Of a stretch of DNA of 64,000 nt, positions 9,300 to 18,680 are shown in pieces. The notes below the pieces were generated by a model. The model did no database searches. It was not told the DNA's origin and saw only the letters and a list, made by a program, of their open reading frames with translations. The stretch lies in the NCBI GenBank assembly GCA_963702435.1, contig CAVPCR010000005.1:96001-160000 (forward strand). The letters are read 5' to 3'. A program made the translations under genes and the position numbers. Position 1 is the stretch's first letter. The number at the start of each line of letters is the position of its first letter. This DNA is from Candidatus Eiseniibacteriota bacterium. Lineage in GTDB: Bacteria; Eisenbacteria; RBG-16-71-46; CAVPCR01.

Positions 9300-12200
9300 T
9301 ACACGGCATGCGGCGCGTCGCACTCGCGCTTGCGCTGGCGTGCGAGTTGGTCGCGGTGCATGGCGGCCTCGCCGCGCCGCCGGGTCTCGCCGCGCCGGCG
9401 GACCTCGCCGCGCCGGCGGGTCTCGCCGCGCCGGCGGAGGGGGATCCATCCGCCGCCCACATGGCGCCGCGCACCGCCGAGCTGGACCACCCGCGGCTCC
9501 GGCTCGCGATCGACGAGCTCCTCTGCGGGCGGCCCGGCGCGGCCGCGCCCCACCTGGCGGCCTACCTGGCCGCGGCGCCGGCCGATGACCCCGGCCGCCG
9601 TCCGGCGCTCCTCCTCTCCGCCATCGCTCACAGAGAGCTGCGTGAATACGCAGCTTTTCACGATGAGATCGCCGCGCTCGAGCAGACGGCCGACCGCTGG
9701 GGTGCTTGCGCTCGTCTCCTCGCCCTCGTCGACCGCCTCGATCGCGGGGCGGCCGACCCGTCCGGCAATCCGCTCGTGGGACCGGAGTACGTGACGCCCG
9801 CGGCGGCCGTCGATGCGGCGCGTCTCGGCGATCTCTACCGGCTCGCCGCCGCCACCCTGCTCGCGGCGCGCGGAGAGACCGAGTCGGCGATGAGCTTGCT
9901 CGCGACGACCGCCGATGATCCCGAGCTCGGGGCGGGGGCGCGAGCGCTCGCCGCCGCCCTGGCTGCCGGGCCGGGCCTCGCCCCCGGCGAGGCGGCCCTC
10001 GCCGATTCGCTGGTGGGCGCCGAGGCGGCGCTCCGCTCCGGCGCCGCTCCGGCGGCAGCCCGCTCCTTCGCCGCCGCGGCAGCCGGCGCCGGCCGCGCGG
10101 CCGCCGCTCTCGATCCGGCGGCGCGGAGCACCGTGCTGGCCGCGCTCGCGCCGGAGGATCTCGCGCCGCGCCTGTCTCCGCTGGCCGATCGCAGCCCGGA
10201 CGCGTTCCGCATCGCGATCGATGACCGGGTGCTGACCGCCCGCCTCATCGCGGCGGCCGTGGCCGAGATCGGGATCCCGGATCGGGACGCGCGCTCCCGC
10301 GCGCTCGCCGGCGCTGCCGACTCCGCCGCGGCTCTCCTCGCTCCGGCACCGCTCACGCGGGCCGAGACGGCGGCGATCGCGCGCGACCTCGCAGCACTCG
10401 ACGAGGCGCTCGGCCGCCTCGCCCGGGCGCGCCGCCTGGCGAGCGAACGGGCGGCGATGGCGGCCGCGCTCGCCGCCGAGCAGGCGCGCCTCGATTCGCT
10501 CCGGGCGGCGGAAGCCCGGCTTCTCGCCGCGACCGAGATCGAGCTCGCCGCCTCGGCCGAACGCGTCGAGACGGCGCGCGGGCGGCTCCCGGCGGCCGTG
10601 GTTGCCGCGACGGCGCGGGCCATGGCTCATCTCGACTCGCTCGCCGGGCGGGCGCGGGATCTCGCAGCGGCCGCCCGCGGGCTCCCGGTCCTCTTCCCGC
10701 CGGCCGAGCCCGGCGCGTCGCCGGAACCGGCGTTTCTCGCCGTGCACCGGCGCACCGCGACGCGCGATCAGGCCAACCTCGCGGCGTTCGATTCTGCGTT
10801 CGCGGTCGCCCGCGATGCGCTGCCGCCCCTCGTTGCCGCCCGGGTGCGCGGCGAGCGCTGGCCCGCCCTCGAGGGACAGCTCGCCCGCGCCGAGGCCCTC
10901 GCGGCACGAGTCACCGTCGCCGCGGGCCCGTTCAGCGGCGATCCCACCCTCATGGCCGCGGCGCGCTCCGCAATAACTCGCTTGCTGCCGCTGGATCCTA
11001 CTGACGAGGCGGAGCGGTGGAGAGCGATTGCCGAGCGTGCCGCCGATCGGCTGCGAGTGACCGTCGCCGCAGCCGACGAGGCGGCGGTCGGCCGCGCCCG
11101 CGAGCGGCTGCTGGTCCTCGCCGAGGCGGCCCGCTTCGGCCGCGCCGAGGCCCTGTATCAGGCAGCGCGGCGGAAAGGCGGAGACGACGCGCCGGATGCC
11201 GGCGCGGTCGCGCTCCGGGCGGCCGCGGCGGCGTACGAGGACTTCGTCGCCGCCGAGCCCGCGGGACCCGGAGTCGCCGCCGCGTGGCTCCGGGTGGGCG
11301 AGCTGCGCTACCAGCTCGCGGAGGTCGACTTCCGGGAGGCGATGGCCCGCTACGAGGAGGATCGCCGGCGCGGGATCGACCGCGTCGAGCTCCCGGTGCG
11401 GGACACGGCCGGCGCGAGCGCCGCCGCCCGCGCCTTCCTCGAGCGCTTCCCGTCTCATCCCCGCGCCGATCGTGCCCTCTACAATCTCGGCGTGCTCTCG
11501 CGCGACGGGGGCGACCTCGCGGCCTCGACCGGCCACTTCGAGCGTTTGCGCCGCGAGCATCCGGCAAGCCCACTCGCCGCCGAGTCGGCGTTCCGGATCG
11601 GTGACAATCACTTCGCTCTCGGCGCCTTCCCGCCCGCGGCCGCGGCCTACGCCGCGATCGCCGGCGATCCCGGTCCGCTCGGTGCCGCCGCGCTCTACAA
11701 GCTCGCTTGGTGCCGCCTGAACGACGGCGATCCGGCGGCGGCCGCCGCCGCCTTCGCGGATCTCCTGGCGCGCGACGTGGACGCGGAGATCCACGCCGAC
11801 GCGGCGGGCACCCTGGCGCGCTGTCTCGCCGACCTGGGCGGCGCGCCGGCCGCGGAACGCCTCTGCGCGGCGCGCCCCGGCCCCGCCTGCGACCCCACTG
11901 TTTTTCATCTGCTGGCGCAGGAACTGGCGGATCGCGCCGACTATCCGGCCGCCGTCGCCGCGGCGCGGGCCGGGGCCGCCCGCCATCCCGACGCGCCCGA
12001 GCTCGCCGATCTCCTCGCCGACGAGATCGCAGTGCTCGACCGCGCCGCGCGACCGGGCGAGGCCGCTCGCGCCCGGCTCGATTTCGCCCGGCGGATCGGG
12101 CCCGGCACCCCCTGGTTCGCGCACCACGGATCGGACTCGCTCGCCGTTCGCGCTGCCGAGGCCATGCTCGCCGGCGCCGATCAGCTCATGGTGCTCGCCC

Positions 12201-13918
12201 GGCGCGACGATCGCGCAACGCCGGCGCCGGCGCACGCGTCCGCACCCGCGCCGGCGGCCGCCGCCCTCGCTGCCGCGCACGCCGCGTATCGCGAGTTCCT
12301 CGCGCGCTTCCCGACCGCCGCCGCCGCCGATCGCGCCGAGCTCATGGCAGCCGAATGCGAGATGACGCTCGGCGATCCGCGCGCCGCTGCGGCGAGCTAC
12401 GGCCGCGCGCTCGCCGCCACGACCGATTCGACGCGGGCGCGCGCCGCCGCCTATGGAGCGGTCGTGGCCTGGGCCGAGGCGCGCGGAGCCGCGCCGGACC
12501 GGGCAGCCGATCTCGCGGCGGAGATGGCGGCCATCGATACCTTCGTCGGCCGCTTCGGCACCGACGAGCGCGTGACCCAGGTCCTGATGCGGCGCGGCGC
12601 GATCGCCGGCCGCGCCGGGCTGTGCGCGGAGAGCATCGCGAGCTATACGACCCTACTCGCCCATGCGCCGGCGCGCGACGACCGCCGCCGCGCCCTCCGC
12701 GCTCAGGGCGACGCGGCCCTCCGCTGCGAGCAACCGGCCGCCGCCGCCGCGATCTACGCCGAGCTCACCGCCGAGTGCGAAGGCCGCTCGTCCGCCATGG
12801 CGGATCTCTGCACCGAGGCTCGCGCGCTCCTCCCCGTCGCGCGCTTCCGAGCCGCCGAGGCGCTGGCCGCGACCGGCGACAGCCTGGCGGCCGGACGCGC
12901 CTATGCGGACCTGGCCCGCTCCTTCCCCGATTTCCCCGAGGCCGATCTCGCCCTGCTCCGTGCCGGCGATGCGGCGCGGGCGGGCGGCGATCGCGTCGCG
13001 GCGACCGCCCACTACCGGGAGCTCGCCGCCCGCCATCCCGACTCAGCGAACCGCCCGGCAGCCCTCCTCCGCCAGGCAGACCTCGCCGCCGCGGCCGGGG
13101 ACACTGCTGTTGCCGCGAGCGAATATCTGCGCTTTGCCGCCGCTTATCCCGTGGCGCATGAAGCGGCGGCGGCGCTCGCCGCGGCTCGCCACCTGGCGCG
13201 CACCGCTCGCGACTGGACCCTCCTCGAGGCGGCAGCGCGGGCCGAGATCTCCTGGCGGAAGGCCGAGCCGGCGGCGGCGCGTCTCGCCGCGGAGCTCGAT
13301 CTGGCATGGGCTCTCCGCGCGAGCGGACGCGCGAGCGCGGCGCGCACCGAGCTCGATCGCATGCTCTCGACGCCGGGCGAGCCGTCGTCGCTCCGCGCCC
13401 GCGCCCATCTCCTGCGGGCCGATCTCGCCCTCCCCGACTACGAGCGAGTCGCCCTGGCGCCGCCGCTCGCCACCGCCATCGAGCGCAAGAAGGCGGCGCT
13501 CGCCGCGCTCCTCGCCGACCTCGATCCGGCGGCCAGAAGCGGCGACCCCGCGGACGCGCTCGCGGCCCGCGAGCTCCTCGGCTCCGCGCTCGCCGAGTTC
13601 GGCCGCGCGCTCGAGTCCTCGGAGCTGCCCCCCGATCTCGAGGGCGCGGACCTGATCGCCTACTCGCAGGACGTGGCAGCCCAGGCCGATGCCTTCTACC
13701 GTCGCGCCGAGGCCGCGTGGCGGCGCGCCCTCAACGAGGCCGCGCGCGCCGGCATCGAGCATCCGGCCGCCGCCCGGGCCCGCGCAGAGCTCTTCCGGCG
13801 TTACGACCTTCGCTATGCCGAGGTGGCGAGCCCCGCCTTCGGCGAGCTGCCGCTCGCCGCCGGCGATGCCGGCCGGCTCGCACGATCGGCGGCGCCGCTG
13901 CCCACACCGGCGGACTGA
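9296..13918 (+). CDS. Giant (~1540 aa) periplasmic TPR protein, GltD/AgmU-like
   Basis: GTG 9296 overlaps the upstream stop (ATG 9308 is an alternative); signal peptide; many TPRs (RADRALYNLG, ESAFRIGDNHF, ALYKLAWC); C-terminal PPDLEGADLIAYSQDV motif. Confidence 0.8.
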   Translation: MIHGMRRVALALALACELVAVHGGLAAPPGLAAPADLAAPAGLAAPAEGDPSAAHMAPRTAELDHPRLRLAIDELLCGRPGAAAPHLAAYLAAAPADDPGRRPALLLSAIAHRELREYAAFHDEIAALEQTADRWGACARLLALVDRLDRGAADPSGNPLVGPEYVTPAAAVDAARLGDLYRLAAATLLAARGETESAMSLLATTADDPELGAGARALAAALAAGPGLAPGEAALADSLVGAEAALRSGAAPAAARSFAAAAAGAGRAAAALDPAARSTVLAALAPEDLAPRLSPLADRSPDAFRIAIDDRVLTARLIAAAVAEIGIPDRDARSRALAGAADSAAALLAPAPLTRAETAAIARDLAALDEALGRLARARRLASERAAMAAALAAEQARLDSLRAAEARLLAATEIELAASAERVETARGRLPAAVVAATARAMAHLDSLAGRARDLAAAARGLPVLFPPAEPGASPEPAFLAVHRRTATRDQANLAAFDSAFAVARDALPPLVAARVRGERWPALEGQLARAEALAARVTVAAGPFSGDPTLMAAARSAITRLLPLDPTDEAERWRAIAERAADRLRVTVAAADEAAVGRARERLLVLAEAARFGRAEALYQAARRKGGDDAPDAGAVALRAAAAAYEDFVAAEPAGPGVAAAWLRVGELRYQLAEVDFREAMARYEEDRRRGIDRVELPVRDTAGASAAARAFLERFPSHPRADRALYNLGVLSRDGGDLAASTGHFERLRREHPASPLAAESAFRIGDNHFALGAFPPAAAAYAAIAGDPGPLGAAALYKLAWCRLNDGDPAAAAAAFADLLARDVDAEIHADAAGTLARCLADLGGAPAAERLCAARPGPACDPTVFHLLAQELADRADYPAAVAAARAGAARHPDAPELADLLADEIAVLDRAARPGEAARARLDFARRIGPGTPWFAHHGSDSLAVRAAEAMLAGADQLMVLARRDDRATPAPAHASAPAPAAAALAAAHAAYREFLARFPTAAAADRAELMAAECEMTLGDPRAAAASYGRALAATTDSTRARAAAYGAVVAWAEARGAAPDRAADLAAEMAAIDTFVGRFGTDERVTQVLMRRGAIAGRAGLCAESIASYTTLLAHAPARDDRRRALRAQGDAALRCEQPAAAAAIYAELTAECEGRSSAMADLCTEARALLPVARFRAAEALAATGDSLAAGRAYADLARSFPDFPEADLALLRAGDAARAGGDRVAATAHYRELAARHPDSANRPAALLRQADLAAAAGDTAVAASEYLRFAAAYPVAHEAAAALAAARHLARTARDWTLLEAAARAEISWRKAEPAAARLAAELDLAWALRASGRASAARTELDRMLSTPGEPSSLRARAHLLRADLALPDYERVALAPPLATAIERKKAALAALLADLDPAARSGDPADALAARELLGSALAEFGRALESSELPPDLEGADLIAYSQDVAAQADAFYRRAEAAWRRALNEAARAGIEHPAAARARAELFRRYDLRYAEVASPAFGELPLAAGDAGRLARSAAPLPTPAD
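9365..9436 (+). repeat. 18-bp coding tandem repeat, 4 units ([GD]LAAP[PA])
   Basis: ggtctcgccgcgccggcg units. Confidence 0.9.
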
Positions 13919-13919
13919 C

Positions 13920-14669
13920 ATGACGACCGCGATGAATGCCACCGTCCACATCCACACCATCGCCCGCGCGGCGCTCGTGCTTCTCCTCGTGCTGCCCGGC
14001 ATCACGGGATGTGCCGCGCGCAGTTCCGTCGCGTCGCGTCCCGAACCTGCGACTCCGCAGAGCGCCCCGCCGGTCGCCCCGCCACCCGCTCCCGCGCCGG
14101 CGGACAGCGCCCTCGCGCTCGCCCGACAGGCGCGGCTTCTCTACGAGAGCGGGGACATCGAGAGCGGCCTCGCACTCCTCGCTCCGATCGCCGCGAGCCC
14201 GGCTGCTCCACCCGCAATCCTCGTGGACCTGGCGCTCCTCAGGATGGCGTACGGCGATCGCGAGGAGGCCGCGGCGCTCCTCGAGCGGACGATCCGCGCG
14301 CATCCCGACTGCGCCTCCGCGCACGGAAACCTCGGTCTCCTCCACCTCGAGAACGGCGATCTCCCCCGGGCGGAGACCGCCCTCGCCGCCGCCCTCGAGC
14401 GCGATCCGGAGCGTCCCGAGTTCCACGTGAACCTCGGGATCGTGCATCGGAAGCTCGAGCAGCACGGCGCGGCCGAGCGCGACTTCCAGCGCGCCCTCGC
14501 GCTCGCTCCGCGGCTCGCGGCCGCCCACCACAACCTGGCCTTGCTCTACAAGCTCTATCTGTTCGACGACGCGGCCGCCGCCGCGCACTTCGCTGAGTTC
14601 AACGCGCTCGGTGGCCATGCCGACCCCGAGGTCGCGCTCCTGTTCGCGAACGAGGAGAAGAAGCCATGA
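13920..14669 (+). CDS. TPR lipoprotein, GltE/AglT-like
   Basis: Lipobox ITGC; TPRs AHGNLGLLH, FHVNLGIVH, AHHNLALLYKLYL. Confidence 0.8.
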   Translation: MTTAMNATVHIHTIARAALVLLLVLPGITGCAARSSVASRPEPATPQSAPPVAPPPAPAPADSALALARQARLLYESGDIESGLALLAPIAASPAAPPAILVDLALLRMAYGDREEAAALLERTIRAHPDCASAHGNLGLLHLENGDLPRAETALAAALERDPERPEFHVNLGIVHRKLEQHGAAERDFQRALALAPRLAAAHHNLALLYKLYLFDDAAAAAHFAEFNALGGHADPEVALLFANEEKKP

Positions 14670-14947
14670 TGCAAGCTCCGCGCAGGCGGCCGCTCGGTTC
14701 GCGCCGCCCGTTCGTCGCGCTCGTCGCCGGCCTCCTCGCGGCGGCGCCGGCCGCCGCGAACCGGGAGCCCCTCTCCCTCGAGGAGATCGAGATCCAGGGC
14801 GAGCGCCTCGTGCCGCAGGCGGTCTATATCGTCGGCGGCGCGGAGGCCGACTCGCTCGCGGCAGCCACCGTGAGCGACTATCTCGCGCTCCTCGATCCCG
14901 CCGCCGACCGCGTCCCGCTCGTCATCATCCTCGAGAAGACACCGTAG
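14666..14947 (+). CDS. Small secreted protein, GltF-like
   Basis: Signal peptide; LEEIEIQGERLVPQAVYIV motif; position between the TPR gene and exbB. Confidence 0.6.
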   Translation: MMQAPRRRPLGSRRPFVALVAGLLAAAPAAANREPLSLEEIEIQGERLVPQAVYIVGGAEADSLAAATVSDYLALLDPAADRVPLVIILEKTP

Positions 14948-14974
14948 CAGTTCACACCAGACAAGGAGCCAAAC

Positions 14975-15676
14975 ATGTTCGAGCATTTCGATTGGATCGC
15001 GGCGATGCGCTCGAGCCCGGTGATGGTGATCATCCTGGGCCTGAGCGTCGTCACCATGGGCTACGCGTTCGAGCGGGCCTTCTTCTTCTGGCGGATCAAG
15101 GGGAGCGCGGACGCCGCCATGGGCGCGGCGCTCGCCAAGGTGCGCAGCGGAGGTCACAGAGAGGCCGAGCGCACGCTCCGGGCCACTCCGCATCCGGTGG
15201 GCCCGATCGCCGCCGAGATGCTCGCCTGCGCCCATCTCCCGAGCGAGGCGAGCGAGGAGCGACTGGCGATCGCGATCAGCGAGCAGCGTCTGGTCCTCGA
15301 GCGGAACCTGAGCTTCCTCGGCACCATGGGCAACACCGCGCCGCTCATCGGGCTCCTCGGCACCGTGTGGGGCATCATGCGCGCATTCCACGACATGGCC
15401 GCGACCGGCTCCGCGGGGCCGTCGGTGGTCGCCGCCGGCGTGGCGGAGGCCTTGTTCACGACCGCGGCAAGCCTCGTCGTCGCCGTGCCCTCCGTCATCC
15501 TCTACAACTACTTCCTCCGCCGGATCGCCGTGATGCTGACCCAGGCCGAGAACGGCGCGCGGCGCCTCCGGCAGGCGATCGCGGAAGCACCCGTCCCGGC
15601 GAGCGCGCCGGCCGCGGTCACCCCGGCCCCGGCGATGACGCCGGCGCCGCGGGTCGCCGCCGCCCGCGCCGCCTAG
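14975..15676 (+). CDS. MotA/TolQ/ExbB proton-channel protein (AglR-like)
   Basis: LGTMGNTAPLIGLLGTVWGIMRAF; VAAGVAEALFTTAASL. Confidence 0.95.
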   Translation: MFEHFDWIAAMRSSPVMVIILGLSVVTMGYAFERAFFFWRIKGSADAAMGAALAKVRSGGHREAERTLRATPHPVGPIAAEMLACAHLPSEASEERLAIAISEQRLVLERNLSFLGTMGNTAPLIGLLGTVWGIMRAFHDMAATGSAGPSVVAAGVAEALFTTAASLVVAVPSVILYNYFLRRIAVMLTQAENGARRLRQAIAEAPVPASAPAAVTPAPAMTPAPRVAAARAA

Positions 15677-15695
15677 ACCGAGAGAGGAGACGACC

Positions 15696-16109
15696 GTGGC
15701 TTCCACCGACCTACAGAACGGCAAGCAGCCGGCGGGCATCTTCGAGGTCAACCTGACCCCGCTCATCGATGTGTCCCTGGTGCTGGTCGTGATCCTGATG
15801 GTGGCGATGCCGATGATCTTGCAGACAGGGATCGCGGTGCGGAATGCCGGCGGACGCGCCGGGACTGCAGCCGCCGCCCGTGTCGAGCGGATCGAGATCG
15901 CCATCCTCTCCGCGGACAGCGTGCGGGTGAACGAGACCCTCGTCGCGCGCCGGAATCTCCGCGGCGCCCTCGTACCGCTGCTCGCCGCGAGCCAGAACCG
16001 GCTCGTCGTCCTCGAGTGCGACGAGCGGGTCCCGCATGGCACCTTCGTCGAGGTGCTCGACACGGCCAAGGGCTCCGGTGCGAAGCAGATCGCCGTGATG
16101 GAGGAGTGA
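15696..16109 (+). CDS. ExbD/TolR protein
   Basis: EVNLTPLIDVSLVLVVILMV with the conserved Asp; D..V.HG..V.VLD.AK. Confidence 0.93.
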   Translation: MASTDLQNGKQPAGIFEVNLTPLIDVSLVLVVILMVAMPMILQTGIAVRNAGGRAGTAAAARVERIEIAILSADSVRVNETLVARRNLRGALVPLLAASQNRLVVLECDERVPHGTFVEVLDTAKGSGAKQIAVMEE

Positions 16110-16110
16110 C

Positions 16111-16536
16111 ATGCGCCGACCGTCCACCGCCCTACCCCAGCCGATCACGAAGGTCAACGTGACGCCGATCATCGACGTGGCGCTCGTTCTCGTCATCATC
16201 CTGCTCGTGACCGCCCCCATGCTCACGGTCGCCGATCTTCCGGTCGATCTGCCGCCGGCGCACACCAGGGACGCCGAGGATGAGCGGAACGTGAGCATCA
16301 CCATGGGTCGGAACGGCGAGCTCGCGATCGATCGCGACGTGATCGAGCGCAGCGAGCTCAAGCCCCGACTGGCGGCGCGGCTCGCCGAGCCGGGGAACGA
16401 GGACGTGCTCGTCGTCGTGCGCGCCGATCTCGGGATGGAGCACGGCCTCGTCCGCGAGATCCTCGCCGACGCGCGCGCCGCAGGTGCGCAGCGTCTCGCC
16501 ATCGCCACGCGGCAGAAGCCGGAGACCGCGCCATGA
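16111..16536 (+). CDS. ExbD/TolR protein (second paralog)
   Basis: VNVTPIIDVALVLVIILLVTAP; VDLP; VVVRAD. Confidence 0.93.
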   Translation: MRRPSTALPQPITKVNVTPIIDVALVLVIILLVTAPMLTVADLPVDLPPAHTRDAEDERNVSITMGRNGELAIDRDVIERSELKPRLAARLAEPGNEDVLVVVRADLGMEHGLVREILADARAAGAQRLAIATRQKPETAP

Positions 16537-17498
16537 CCACGCCGGCCCTCTGCTTCCCGCCCCCGCCGGCCGGCCGCAGGAGAACTGGGATCGCGATGGC
16601 GCTGAGCCTCGTGATCCATGCCGCCGTCTCGAGCTGGCTCGTCTTCTTCGCGCCGGCGACGCCCGAGCGCGAACCGATCGCGGAGATCGAGATGCTCGCG
16701 CCCGCCGACCTCCTGCCGGAACCGGCGAGCGCACCCGCCGTGGCCGCGTCGCGCCCCCGCGCCGGCGCACCGGCCGCGAGCGTCTCGCCCGCAGATCCCG
16801 CCCGCGTGGCGGCCTCCCCCGCGCCGGCGAGCGCGCCCTCCGCACCGCCCCCGCCGAGCGGAGCCCGCGGCCGCGCCCGCGCCGCCGAGGTGGCCGGCGC
16901 CGTGGGGTCCGGAAACCTCCTCGGTGACATCGACGCCGTGATGGCGGGGATCGGGAGCGCTCCCCTCGGCACGGCTGCCGCCGGCGACGGCGGGGCTGAC
17001 GCGCACCGCGCCGCCGCGGCGACCCTCGCCGCGGGTGCCGGCCGCGAGAGCGGTGCCGCCGGGATCGCCGCGGCCGCGGCGAGCGCCGGCAGCGGCCTCT
17101 CGACGGGCCCGCTCGCGCGCTCCGCTGTCGCGATCGAAGAGGTGGCGTTCGGGAGTGGCGGGGACGGCGGGAGCGGCACCGGCGACGGCGAGAGCGGTTC
17201 CGGGGACCGCACCACCGCCTCGCTCATGGCGGTCGTGCACCGCTATGCGAGCGGCATCAAGTACTGCTACGACCGCTGCCTCGAGACGCGTCCCCACGTC
17301 GCAGGGCGGATCGTGCTCCTCATCACGGTGGCCCCGAACGGGACCGTCTCGCGCGTCCAGACGGCGGCGAACACGGTCAAGGATCCGGAGCTCGAGGCCT
17401 GCGTGCTCGGCCAGGTCAAGGCCTGGAAGTTCCCGGCGAGCGCCGGCTCGCCGGTGACCTTCCGCTGCCCGCTCGTCTTCACACCACCCGCGGAGTGA
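16533..17498 (+). CDS. TonB-like energy transducer with AgmX/PglI-type C-terminal domain (GltG-like)
   Basis: TM segment SLVIHAAV (S-x3-H); Pro/Ala/Gly linker; IKYCYDRCL...GRIVL...NGTV...LEACVL...WKFP...CPLVF. Confidence 0.88.
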   Translation: MTTPALCFPPPPAGRRRTGIAMALSLVIHAAVSSWLVFFAPATPEREPIAEIEMLAPADLLPEPASAPAVAASRPRAGAPAASVSPADPARVAASPAPASAPSAPPPPSGARGRARAAEVAGAVGSGNLLGDIDAVMAGIGSAPLGTAAAGDGGADAHRAAAATLAAGAGRESGAAGIAAAAASAGSGLSTGPLARSAVAIEEVAFGSGGDGGSGTGDGESGSGDRTTASLMAVVHRYASGIKYCYDRCLETRPHVAGRIVLLITVAPNGTVSRVQTAANTVKDPELEACVLGQVKAWKFPASAGSPVTFRCPLVFTPPAE

Positions 17499-17540
17499 CC
17501 GGGAGGGCGCTCGTTCAGGAGACCATGAGCTCTCTGCACG

Positions 17541-18581
17541 CTAATCCGCCGCGGGTGCGGCGGGTCGCTCGAGCGCGAAGCCGGAGGTCGTGTGCGTGGC
17601 GCCGGCAGCGTCGACGATGAGCGCTTCCACGTCCGGGAGCCGCTCGGCGAGGGCGAGGCCCCGCTCCGGTCCGAGGACGAAGAGCCCGGTCGCGAGCGCA
17701 TCGGCGATGCCGGTATCCGTGCTCACGACCGTCACGCTCCGGCAGTCGGTTGCCGGATATCCCGTCGCCGGATCCAGGATGTGGTGATAGCGACGGCCGT
17801 CGAGCTCGAAGTAGCGCTCGTAATCTCCCGAAGTGACGACCGAGATTCCATCCGCGAGCGGCAGCGTGGCGATCACCCGGTCGCGTTGCCGCGGGTCCTG
17901 GATGCCGACGCGCCAGGGTCGCCCGCCCACGCGGCCATCCACGCGCAGGTCCCCGCTCACGTCGATCACGAAGTCGGTGAAGCCGCGGCTCCGGATCACC
18001 TCCGCCACGCGATCGGCGATGTAGCCCTGCGCGATCCCGCCGAGCCCCATGGCCATCCCCGAGTCGGCGAGCGCCACCGTGTGCGCGGCCGGATCGAGGT
18101 GGATCTTCCGGTAGTCGACCAGCGCCCGGGCGCGCGCGATCGCGGCGGGCACCGGGAGCGCGGGCGGCGTGCGCTTGAAGTCCCAGACGCGACCGAGCGG
18201 GAGGAACGTGATGTCGAACGCCCCACCGGTCAGCCGGCCGATCTCGAACGACTTCGCAATGAGGGCGAAGGTCTCGGGCTCCACCTCGACGCCGGCACCG
18301 CTCCCGGCAGCGGCATTGACGCGCGAGATGTCGCTCGTCGGGATCCACTCCGAGACGAGCGCCACCAGGCGATCCACCTCGGCGTAGGCCGCGTCCATCG
18401 CCGTGCGTGCGGCGGCGGTCCGCTCGGCCGGCGCATCGACCTGGATCGACATCGGCGCCGCCATCTTGACACGATCGTCGCGCACGACGGCAGCCGCTGC
18501 CGGTCGGCCGAGGGTCGATGCAGCGAGAGTCGCAAGGAGCCAGACGGAGAGAAGACGGGCAGGGGCGAGCTTCGATCTCAT
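17541..18581 (-). CDS. apbE: FAD:protein FMN transferase
   Basis: SDISRVN; TGGAFDIT; LGGIAQGYIAD; WRVGIQDPR; VVTSGDYERYF; YHHILDPATGYP; ADALATG. Confidence 0.95.
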   Translation of the reverse strand: MRSKLAPARLLSVWLLATLAASTLGRPAAAAVVRDDRVKMAAPMSIQVDAPAERTAAARTAMDAAYAEVDRLVALVSEWIPTSDISRVNAAAGSGAGVEVEPETFALIAKSFEIGRLTGGAFDITFLPLGRVWDFKRTPPALPVPAAIARARALVDYRKIHLDPAAHTVALADSGMAMGLGGIAQGYIADRVAEVIRSRGFTDFVIDVSGDLRVDGRVGGRPWRVGIQDPRQRDRVIATLPLADGISVVTSGDYERYFELDGRRYHHILDPATGYPATDCRSVTVVSTDTGIADALATGLFVLGPERGLALAERLPDVEALIVDAAGATHTTSGFALERPAAPAAD

Positions 18582-18680
18582 GGGGCCTCCCGGACGACGT
18601 TGGCCGACATCCATGAGTTATCGGCCGGCGCGGGCTCCTCGCTTAGCCCGCGCCGTCCACCCGGCAGGCGCCGTTTCGAA

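Noticed and set aside
9116..12280. Very long antisense or alternate-frame ORFs (also 429-2255, 17592-20627, 35688-39011, 45199-48072, 56582-60433)
   Set aside because: Arg/Gly/Ala-rich shadows of real high-GC genes, with no motifs or RBS
7709..17498. Definite gliding-motility operon
   Set aside because: Only the ancestral core is present; no recognisable accessory gliding genes, and similar clusters occur in non-gliders
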